From: Daphnia carinata
Taxonomy: Eukaryota
Assembly (NCBI RefSeq): GCF_022539665.2
Contig: NC_081334.1
Location: 1,984,001 to 2,048,000 of the forward strand
Length of the DNA stretch: 64,000 nt
Direction: 5' to 3'
Shown here: piece after piece, positions 22,603 to 33,400 of the stretch
Position numbering within the stretch: the stretch's first letter is position 1
Layout: each line of letters starts with the position of its first letter
The notes under the pieces: generated by a model
The model's database searches: none
What the model was told of the DNA's origin: nothing
The model's input: the letters and a program-made list of their open reading frames with translations, nothing else
Made by a program: the position numbers and the translations under genes

Positions 22603-24321
22603 ATGTTTCTTTTCACGATACTTCGCAAACAGTATGCATTTGTTGCAAGTGTTTTCTTCTGGTTCACACTTGTATTTTACTTCTATTCCTTCCGTGTTTG
22701 CGACCTCGTATGTGGTAGAAACGCAAGTAACAACCATACTGTATGCTGTGCATCCATCGCTGGTGGATTGGTTCTAACTGTTGGATCAGCCGTCGCAACT
22801 CTTTGGCGTTATCTGCCCACCCCATCAAGACCCTTTTTAGAATGTATCCTGTCACTTGTTGGGACTATGCCCGGTGGATTCACTTCTTACGCTCTCGTGA
22901 AAGTGCTAGTCTACGCCGAAACCATCCAGCTGTTGTGCCATATCAGAGAACTATCTCTTATGCCAATAACGATAGCAGCGTGTTTGAAAAACGAAACAAT
23001 CCACTCTTCGCAATTAATTCAAAACAGTTCAATTTTTAAACAAGAGCACATGAATCACGTGAGTACAGGCGTCACCGACATCATAGCTAAATTCAACGAA
23101 GTCAATGGAACTCAAAGCCAATTCCGGAATGCTGTAGAAATCGGATACAGATGGTTGGAGAGCAGAGGCTTCGGTTGCCAACAAGTCTTGACGAGGCCTT
23201 TCGCACTGTGTTTAAACGCTACGAAAGAAGCCAAGAAAGATTGCCTCTTAAAAGGTGCAGAAGCGCTCTGCGATGTCGTGGACATTTCTGAAGAAATTTG
23301 CTGGAAATTGATGACGTTGAGCAAAGGTCCGTGCCAACATTTAGGGCCGGATAGAATCACTGAAATGTTAACGAGTTTTCGTCAGCGGCTGGGCAATTTG
23401 GCAAGTGGAGTCATTCGAATGCGTGTGGGCATCTTGTTCGAACTTCACGTCACTTCTAATGTAGGAGACAAGTTAAGCAAAGCATGGACTCGTATTTTGG
23501 AAAGTCTTCGTGATACAGGCGAACTTATCCGTGTGACGTATGACATTACCATCAACTACGTTCTGAAATTAGTGGCAATAGCTGGACTGATAGCCTGGCC
23601 AGTCAGCTATCTTTGTTACTATGTTTGTGGTCCACTTTCATTCGATAACTTTTATATTACCAAAGCAGAGTACTTGGAAATTCATGGACAAGAAGAGATT
23701 GTAGAGAAAGACGAACTGCAGATTGTTCCAGCATGGATCCCGACGCTGAAAGAAACAATTCGAATGCTATGGGATGTATTCTTTGCGGCAGACCAATTGA
23801 TTATTGTGGCTTTTCTTTTGGTCGATTTTTATTATACAAATTGGATCAATGATCTTCACGTGAAATGGTTGGGAATGTTCCAAAACTTCCGATCTAACGT
23901 GTTCGAAAAAATTGGGCAGTCTAACGAGACGACGGGAGTTGGATTCATCGGAGAGATGGTTGTCCAACAGCTGGAAAAATTGCAAGAAGCCATTGGCTTC
24001 GATCGTCTATTGTCTTGCTTCCGTCCAGCTCCACCAGCCACTTACTCCCGAAACATTTTCTTTATAGCCCTGGCTCAGAAGGCATTGTACATTTTCGTTC
24101 AAACCAAATTGCGTTACATCCCTTCGTTTATTTGTGCCAGATTCTACCGTCGCAGACATTACCTGCGAATGTCCTACCTCAAAGCAAAAATCATGCTGAG
24201 GCCTCCTGCTCAATCACGTTATCCCGTTTCACGTTGTCGTTTTACATCGTATTTGAGGCGAAAGCTATCCGCACTGCTCGTCAGATTACGAAACCCAATC
24301 CGTAAAACTTCTCATGTTTAG
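22603..24321 (+). CDS. Intronless DC-STAMP-domain multipass membrane protein (Sneaky/SPE-42/DCST-like), 572 aa
   Basis: Several hydrophobic segments, a Cys-rich extracellular loop, and family-like motifs SYLCYY..SFDNFYIT, CFRPAPP and LRYIPSFICARFY..RHYLRMSYL. Confidence 0.75.
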   Translation: MFLFTILRKQYAFVASVFFWFTLVFYFYSFRVCDLVCGRNASNNHTVCCASIAGGLVLTVGSAVATLWRYLPTPSRPFLECILSLVGTMPGGFTSYALVKVLVYAETIQLLCHIRELSLMPITIAACLKNETIHSSQLIQNSSIFKQEHMNHVSTGVTDIIAKFNEVNGTQSQFRNAVEIGYRWLESRGFGCQQVLTRPFALCLNATKEAKKDCLLKGAEALCDVVDISEEICWKLMTLSKGPCQHLGPDRITEMLTSFRQRLGNLASGVIRMRVGILFELHVTSNVGDKLSKAWTRILESLRDTGELIRVTYDITINYVLKLVAIAGLIAWPVSYLCYYVCGPLSFDNFYITKAEYLEIHGQEEIVEKDELQIVPAWIPTLKETIRMLWDVFFAADQLIIVAFLLVDFYYTNWINDLHVKWLGMFQNFRSNVFEKIGQSNETTGVGFIGEMVVQQLEKLQEAIGFDRLLSCFRPAPPATYSRNIFFIALAQKALYIFVQTKLRYIPSFICARFYRRRHYLRMSYLKAKIMLRPPAQSRYPVSRCRFTSYLRRKLSALLVRLRNPIRKTSHV

Positions 24322-24427
24322 CGCTGATTTCTGAATGTAATGAAATTCTAAAAACGATCAATCTTTCTTTAAACGTTACCCTGTATTCTGAAGTTGATAA
24401 TTTAAAAGGAACGTTACACACAATGAT

Positions 24428-27400
24428 TTAAAGCTCTTCAGTGCGTCCCGTAACGGACTGAATGCCTTCAAATGTGTGGAAATTAATGCCTGGTATGTCA
24501 CTACAGGGAAACGGAGTATTGCTTCTGTAATACCATAAACCCAAAAATGTTTAACTAATATATGGAAGCAGATTATGTAAAAACTCCACTTACCCGGTTG
24601 GAATTCGGAAAGCATTGGGCTGGATGGACGTTATACTTCCATCGCCGTTGTCACAAATGATACGTGCAAGGCTTGACTTTTCTATTTCACCTAGCTGAGC
24701 TGTGTGTAAAAGAGAATCACCCAATGACGATAGGATGATAACTGACTCATCAATATTCATACCACTGTTGAAGGAAATGTTTTTAGTCACGTCGCTATAG
24801 AAAAAGCGATCGGAGCGCTTCAAATTTTCAAATTGCGTAGCGATGATGTATCCAAACGTCGGCCCAATTAGAGCTCCAGGTACATGTTTTTCTGTTACAC
24901 CTCCGATGTACAAGTCAATGTCTTTCGGTGATCCATAGAGTTTCTTGAATGATGCGATTACCTGAGACACAGTATAATCCATTCATCGTCCGTGTTGAAC
25001 AAATCGACATAAGACATTTATGTCATAAGGCATTATCTTACTTCCTCTGAAGTGGTTGATTTCAAATCGTCAAAGGTCGTATTAGAAGAAGGACATGAGG
25101 CACCGTTGTTGAAGAGTTTAACCTGGGCGATATTCCGGGCAATTACATAAGGCGGGAGACCTTATGGACAAAGAGTCAAATTTTAACTATAACAATGTCA
25201 ATTAAAATGTCAAAATCTAACGTACCGTGATCTCTGCCTCGCTGTATATTGATTGACACTAAATCAGCGCCGAGTTCGTTGGGGTCTGGCCTTTAATTTG
25301 CAAGAAAGCAATGAAACTAAAATCGAATACGCTTCACTTGACATCCTACCGAAAAAGCAGACTAGTGATGTCTTCTGCGAAATTCTCATCAACAGACTGT
25401 GCCTGAGTTCGTAAGAGTCCGCGTAGGGCATTGTCGACAAACGTCGGATGGAGTAAACGCGTTCCGCCTGTGATGAAAGAATTCCCCAACAAAAAACTCT
25501 GCGAGCTTTCACTGCCATCAGCTTCGTACAACCTAGCAAAACATTATATCGAATTTATGAATTAATTCAATATTAAAAATTATAACCTGATGAAGCTCCG
25601 CAACTGAGAATGTCCCATTCGATAAGCAGCAGCAACAAATTCGTTAAAGATAGCTGGATTAGATGGCCCATTCGACGGAGGGTGGAGGCTTGCTAACGGA
25701 CCTATAACATATAATCTGTTAGATGTGTTTCATTTAAAGGGGAACTAAAGCATGTAGCAATGAGATTACTAACCGAGAAGGACGGGAAGATACTCTTTAT
25801 AGGTGATGTGCTGAAATTCTGCGATAACAATGCGACGAGCTTGTTGATAGTAAAACTCGTCCGTCTTATCGGATCCATAGATATCGTACAGCAGTTTAGC
25901 TACCCTGTTGTGTTCCCGTAGCCACAACGTGTGCATAACAGCAAGAAGAGGTTGCACAGTGGCTCTTGGATCGCCTGCATAGATCGAAAGATGAATCTAG
26001 CATACTCTATAACTTATTACTAGGAATGGACCACATGCGGTTTGTGGTTTTGGCCTGCGCAATGGCAGCATCGTAACTCCTACTATAGTGAATTGAACTA
26101 ACCACATTTTTTACGTTGAACTGTTTTCTATACGTAACGTATAAGCCTACCTGCCATAAAACACGATTGAGCAGCAGGGCATGTGTTGGTCGGGTCGTTG
26201 GGGCAGCAAGTAGGGGACAGAGGCATTAACTCACGACCGTTCTTCATCGACACCTTCATGAGGCCTTTGCCTGACGTCGTGTCACGCAGAGAACGGGCAA
26301 CTTCGTCGTTGTTCCCGTAAATTTGCGAGCCGTCCATCCAATGTGTTAAGGAATTTATCTACAGTAATTTGATATTCGGTTGATATTAGATTCATGTATG
26401 TATGATTTGCAAACCTGTTCTCGGCTTGTGGGAGTTGTGTCGTCGAGATTCAGACCGAAAGAAGATCGAACCGTATGGATGCATGTGATGTTCTGGCTGC
26501 TGTACACTGCATCATCAATCGGAACTGTAATAGGTAAGCATTCGGGGTGTGCAAGACCTAAACTGACATCGCTGCAACGACACAGGATAGCTCCTCCACT
26601 ACCTTTAGACCGAAAGCAAATGTATTGTAGTTACGTATACACTTTTAAATGTTATTCATTTTCACTTGTTTTGGCGATGGCTGTAAATGTTAAATCGTGG
26701 TCGAGGAATTGGCCCCATTGCATCGTTAACAGAGTCGCTTGGCTTTCCGACACGCTTTTATTGACTGTCACGCTGGTAGTGACCAAACGAGGACTTGCTA
26801 GAGCAGCTTCGGATTCCGATACACGAATTGTTGAAACACCTTGGATTCACGAAGAAAGATGATTGAGGGTCATGTTCTATCAAGGTGTTATGTAGGTACC
26901 ATCTGAATAGGTTGCTGGTCCCATAAGTCGCTGAAATATTGTGTTTGCCTCTCCGTATCGTGGGTTTTCGAGATTGTTACACGTTCCGTCGAAGCTACGA
27001 TACGGATAGGAAGGATCGCATTTCGATAAAGGTTGTAACTTGCGTTCGGTTATGTCATCGAAACGGATTTCATTGGCAGGAACATCAAATCTGTTTGGTT
27101 GTGCCCGTGTTTAGTTGTAATCCTAATATTAAATGATTTTATTTTTTACTTTGAACTTAAATACTGGCGTGCAGTCAATTCTATAGAAGCTTCTTTCGAT
27201 TGTTTGACGTCGTCAGGGATGGCGAATGGATCAAAGCCCGAAAATATTTCTTCACGAATCAAAGTGTGATTCTTCATGGACGTTTTAAATTTACCGATGG
27301 TTAATTGCGGTTTGTCAATACCAAACAGATTTATGTACATACCATTGCTTCTTCCAGCGCTTCTACGTCCCTAGCATACTGGCGACCCACTTGCAGACCC

Positions 27401-27823
27401 TCCTCGAGATCTTCCTTGGATAGATTATGTTGAAAGCTATCCTGGAAAATGAGATGGCGGCTAGCTTTTCCAAACATAATTTGTGGGCAAAAACATGTTG
27501 AAAAATATTTACCGCTAACGTTTCGAATGAGAGTGTGAATAAAATTACGAATCGTATTGCAAAAGCCATCTTTTAAACGAGCTCTTTGGCGAAAATGTTT
27601 TGTATTAAACGATGGCCGAATTATATCGTAGTTCGTCGTTCCGAGACTGGACCAATACTGATAAATAAACACGTTCATTGCAGCCGTTCACGTATACACG
27701 GGAAGTTCTATACAAAACTTTACACCTGCGTCTCACCATCTGCGTGTTGAAACTGTGATGTGTAACGCTGTCGGTGTCTGTGTATGTCTGTACGCGATTC
27801 AAAACATTTAAATAACAAAACAT
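24428..27823 (-). CDS. Animal heme peroxidase (chorion peroxidase/peroxinectin-like), multi-exon; 5' end uncertain
   Basis: MQWGQFLDHD, THWMDGSQIYG, GDPR, LREHNRVA, AYRMGHS, NIQRGRDHG, DIDLYIGG and SLARIICDN. Last exon ends ...GRTEEL* (TAA 24428-24430). Confidence 0.9.
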
Positions 27824-28259
27824 TGATAAGCAATTTTCATGGCGAAATACATCGCGCTTGTTAAAATATAGGTCGAATTCATATTATAGCCATGGTTTGT
27901 TGAAAAGCTTTTGCCCTCGATATATAGTTACACGACATTCAATATTTTCACATGCGCTTCGTGTAGTCGATCAACATTTAGTGACCGATAAGACGAACTA
28001 GAAATGTGAAACCTTACTGAGAATCGGTATTAAAAACTAGGCCACTACGTCAAGAGAAAATCGGTCCGAGAGATCAATTAGCATTGCATTTATCTAAACG
28101 CTACGTCATTGTTTCCCGAATGAAAATAAACAGCTGATTACAGCGTGTGATGCAAACTGATGTTGATTGGTTGCTAAGCGTCAAGCACTGCATTTAAATC
28201 CAAAGATCATTTTCTGGACGCCATCCTATAGCAAACATCATACGACGTTTCTTGCTCCA

Positions 28260-28266
28260 TATAAAA
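28260..28266 (+). promoter_or_regulatory. TATA box of the cystatin/Kunitz gene
   Basis: TATAAAA ~90 bp upstream of ATG 28353. Confidence 0.5.
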
Positions 28267-28352
28267 GACTGAGTTCTTCATCATGTTGTTTAGCAGTTCT
28301 TCAACACATCGCCTTTGCATCGGTTGCTATATCCCAGTTTCAATCCAGAAAC

Positions 28353-30418
28353 ATGGCACCCCCTGGATGCTTGATGTTAATCGTGTCGTTGATTGTTGGC
28401 GGTGCTATTTCAGGTTCGCTAGCTCAACGTAGATTTGGTGCTCGAGGAAAGATGACCGGTGGCTACTCATCGGTCGATGTCGATGATGATCTCGTTAAAG
28501 AGATGGCAAATTTTGCCACTTCTGCCTTATCAGAAAGCAGCAACGCTGAGCCATTGGCGTTGATTAAAATCGTGAAAGCCGAATCGCAAATCGTGGCCGG
28601 TAAGAACTTCAAACTCATTTTAGAGTTGGACAACGTACGCCATGCCAGCGAAGATGAAAACCTTGTCTGCGAGGTGGTCGTGTTCGACCAACCGTGGACC
28701 AACACTCGTCAATTAAGCAAATCTAATTGCTTACCAAGACGAGTCATCCATTCTTGGAGGCAAACCCTGGCCGAGTCCAACGGCGCAAATGAAATTACGC
28801 CAGTCGTGGAGGAAGTGATAGTTGAAACTCGAGCACCGACTGTAGGCGGTTACTCTCCGATTGACGTAGAGCACATCGACGTCAAAGACATGGCTGATTT
28901 CGCTACGACTAGCATATCGGCGAGTAGCAACTCAGGACCTTTGGTGTTGCTCAATATCGTTGAAGCAGAAGTGCAGGTTGTGGCTGGCCGAAACTACAAG
29001 TTAACTTTAGAGCTTGGCAGTGCGGCTGACGGAGCAACGGGGGCACATCTCGTGTGCAAAGTGATCGTTTTTTATCAATCGTGGACCAATAGACGCCATC
29101 TGCGTGAATCCAATTGTTTACCTTCCACAGATCTCGTTACGGAAATCATGCGAGCCATCGAGGGACATCAAGAATTGTGGAGAGTTGCCAGTTATCTTAA
29201 CGAGTCCCGCGAAGAGCTATCAAAAGAGTTTCCCCTCGTCAGCCCAGGTAAAGTACCTATTTACTCAATTAAACTTAATTTTCTCTGCCGAGTCATTAAA
29301 TGGAGGCTCAATCGTTTGAAACGTCCGAACAGACGGCACCAAGTTGAGCTACACGTTCTTTGCTCCAACATCATTTGCCTTCATGATGCAAACGCCACAG
29401 GATGTTGGCGATCCGCTCCTGATGGACTCTGATTTCCGAAGATCGATACTCACACGTCACCTGTCTGCCTCATTGATCTCACCTGACGATCTGGCCAAAG
29501 CGGACTTGGTTCTTATGGCTTCCAGGTCGGCTACACTGACCAGAAGGAGCACTAACGAAGATTGCAATCTTCCTCCAGTTAACACCGAAAATGGCGAATG
29601 TGAAGCTTACATGCCCTCGTGGACGTTCAAATCGAATTCGGGCACATGCGAGGGCTTCGTGTACGGCGGATGTGGTCAAACAGCCAATCTATTCGAAACG
29701 GAAGCGGCTTGCCAAACCGCATGTGATCCAGCTGTTCGTAAGTGATTAGACTAGACGTCTGGCAATTTACACGGCGATCTTGATTTTTGATTTTCTGTTA
29801 GATCCCTTGATAAATTTAATCAATGAAGCAGAAATCCAGCCGGTTCCTATTCCATTGGCTCACGATTTTGGAACAGTGTACGTCATCAATCGAGTATTCA
29901 TGGATGGGGACGAAGTGGGTGAGGTCCTAAGAAAACATCCAAGCCCCGGATATGGATTCTTTGGTTTACCTTTAGTCGTAAATCCATTGATTCCCAATGA
30001 AAATATCCTTGGCAAGATCACTGGAGGATTTTCCTCTAACAACGTAGATGATCCTGAAATCAAGGAGATGGCTGACTTTGCCGTAGCTGCTATATCGGCC
30101 AATGTGGGATCGGTTAGACTCGTCAGGATTTTAAAGGCTCACACGAATATTGTGGCCGGCAAAAACTTTAAATTGATGCTTGAACTTAAAAGGGTTTTCG
30201 ATGGAGATGATGGAGAAGATCTGCTTTGCGATGCGGTCGTCTTCGATCAATCGTGGACCAACACCCGAAAATTGAGCGAGTCAAGTTGCCTGTCCATCAA
30301 CACAATCGCTTCGTGGAACAAGATGCACAAACAGCCCGCATCGCAGTCAGAATTTAACTGTTTGCAAATGAGAGACCCTGTTAATGATGAACAAGTTCCT
30401 AACGAAGATTCAATGTAA
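28353..30418 (+). CDS. Secreted multidomain protease-inhibitor-like protein: cystatin-cystatin-FAS1/Kunitz-cystatin
   Basis: Exons 28353-29247, 29333-29737 and 29802-30418 join in frame through GT-AG introns. Signal peptide; cystatin motifs GGY..QIVAG..PW, GGY..QVVAG..SW and GGF..NIVAG..SW; six-Cys Kunitz (FVYGGC, NLF); FAS1-like YTFFAPTSFAF and GTVYVINRVF. Confidence 0.88.
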
Positions 30419-33400
30419 ATGTAGTAAAATAAAACAAGTCAAAATATTTACATTAATATTTGCAAGGTGTGTTGCGGTTAGTACTTAACCGTCGTAGGGC
30501 TTGTTTGGGTTTTAAACAGAATGCGTGATTTTCCTTTTTGAAATGTTTTTGATTTTTTTAGCTACTAGATGGCAACCATGTCTTGGACGCTGATTTTGAA
30601 AGAAATAAAAACAAGAATTTTAGCTATCATCACGGCTTTCCGCAAGGGTTTTCAAAGAGCTAACAATAGAATTTGACATAGCTCAAATTAAGTTCGTACA
30701 CAATCACTGGGTATTGCAAAATCAAAGAGAGCAGTAGGATCCAATCATCTGCTACGCTTTTTAACAGTCTACAAGACGTTGCGTGTTTTAAAAAAATTTC
30801 AGTTATGCATTTGCATATTGTGATGGTTGTCCAATGGCTTGTTGCGACTCAACACTGATCTATAGGTAAGATATTTCCCCCCTCTTTCCTCCCAAATAGG
30901 ATTTGTTCTAGAGAGTTGATTTACGAGTTGGCAAGACGTTTAATGCAGCAGTGGAAGTCTGCTGCGGCTGGCGCCTGTCAACCTCTTCCAGTTGCCGGTG
31001 CAAGTTAAAAAAAATATATGTTAATTTGATGATTCATATTTGAACAAAAACAGAAACAAGTCGAGCAGAATAATGCAATAAGCACGCGCGTAAAGCGAAC
31101 CAAAAGCAGATAATGAGCAATTAAGACACACGTAAGATTTACGGGTCTTTTTCTTAGAGGGGGGAGGACTGAATTTCTTGTTATACCAAAGACGGCCATT
31201 GTCACAAACGAGATTTCCCAACGCACGTTAAAAAAAATATATGGTATGAAACAGAAAAATAAATTTCACTCGATCGTAAATCATTCCGACTGTTAGTCTC
31301 TCCCCCCCATCTCTCTCGTTTGTCATTTGTTTCTTTCGGTGTAGGAGGAGGCCATATTTCTTCCATCGGTTTCAAATGCTTAACTCCTTTTTCCGCTCCT
31401 TGTTTAATTGGTTGCACACTAACCAGCTCACCGAATGGAACTACCGAAAAGAGGATAACCCCCCCCCCCCCTTTAACAAGAATCGAATTATAAAATAAGC
31501 TGTCTGCAAATGGAGCCTGTTTTTTCTTTCAACCCAACTTTGGATATTGTTGATGCTTATCGGCTTGTGCAAGCCGGGAACAAGCCATTGAATGCTGGTG
31601 CGAAGCGATTTGTGGGATTATGTGGGCCCGTCCGTGTGGAAACGACAGGTGAGCATGTCCAGTGTGTGTGTGTGTGTAAACGATTTATCATGGGCTATAG
31701 AATTAAACGCTGCCCTGGGCTGATGAAGGGCCAGTTGATGTATGAATCCGCATGACGCAGTGAGAAATAGGAAATTCATAAATATCTATAGAATAGATTA
31801 TACTGGGGAGTTCAGGAATGTTCAACAGCTTTTTCTTTTATCGAATTACATTCACGCTTAGTTTCTTTCTTGCCATTTGTTATTTGAATCAAATCAAATG
31901 AAGTGTTAATGAAAGTCCCCTAACGGAAGAATGTGCGCAAGTTGATGCAATCAAGTTGGAAACATGCGCATGGAACACCTGTCGTTTTTCTTTTTCTTAA
32001 CGAAAACATCTTCGTTGGATGATCAAAGAGAACAGCAGCACCTGACGCACGATTTCCTTTCAATATGTTTCTAATATTATTATATGTCATAAACTATCGA
32101 CAAAAAATATAAACCGAGTCTATAGGAAATTTATAAAAAATAAAATAAGGAAATTCGATTTACGACACGGCCAAACATTCAGAAATGCAAGTCTTTTTTT
32201 TTTAGAAAGAATTCGAAATAAAAGGAGCCAGTCTACGTCGGAAATGGCTGAAATAATCGATAGATTATGTTACGAGATTTCCAAAACGCTGAAATGCTTT
32301 TACGTCATCATAAAAACAATTTCCTATGAATTGAACAAGAATATTTTAACAATTTTTTTCGTTTTGTTCATCCCGCAAGGTACGACATCCGCATACATTG
32401 CACGTACCCACCGTTTTTTTTTTTTTTAAAGCTATATCCAAAAAAAGTGACTCAATTAAGGCCTTAGAAGGCCCCTCCAGCTCTTTATTTTTCTACGATA
32501 TTCCAATTTTATTGATAGGTGACTCAGTCGGGTGTCCTTTTTCATGGAGCCTCGTTTTTATTGCACACCCCATCCACTTCCGTCTCGTTTTCAGAACAGT
32601 ACACAATTAACTCTTTTTCTTATCTTCATTTATATCTTTTTCTTTTTTCATTCCCCCCCCCCCCCCAATTTTCTTTGGGTATCTCGTGAAAACATTCGTT
32701 TCACGACATCCTCCTTCGCGTTTTTATCTCCCCACTCATTTTCTCAGCTGTTTCGGCAAACGATATTCACGCAAGCAGGACGGTTATAAAGACAGTACGC
32801 GTTTGGTGCATATTCCGTTCGTATACTTTGAATTGAAGAACCGCAGTCGGCGGTCGCAGCTGGAACACTATATCGGAGAGAGACATACGTATGTACTAAG
32901 AAGAAATTTAAACTCTGCCTATGTGCAACGATCATTTTTGATGGGTCATACAGCAGTCGGTGCTAACCGATTCGCTATGGAAGAGCACGCCGTCTTGCCT
33001 GGTACATGTAATCAACCGGGTCATTTCAAAATTTCTCAAACTGCCTGATGGCATCGGCCTATATCGGCTGCGAAACATAAGTTGGAAAGAAAAAAAAAAC
33101 ACTCTGGGGGGGTGATGAAGGTGAATTTTCAAATGGGACATTCATTTGCTGGCGATTGTTCCAGCCTTTTGTCAGTCCCTCTTTTTCGCGTCAAAGAATG
33201 ATTTTTTGTGTGTGTGTGTGTGGGGGGAGTTTAAATACCATGTACCTTAACGTGACGTTGCGCTTCTCGCTTTCGACCCCGTGAAGATTAAAAAAAAAAG
33301 CCATTTATAACCATCTCTTCGCAGAGGGGAGGTGCGTCCTCTCGAAAGAAATGTATTTTCAAAAATGGCCCTCCTCTGTTTAAACCTTGTTTTTTCTTTC

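Noticed and set aside
28167..28352. N-terminal extension of the cystatin ORF
   Set aside because: Non-ATG start that spans the TATA box; the signal peptide begins at ATG 28353.
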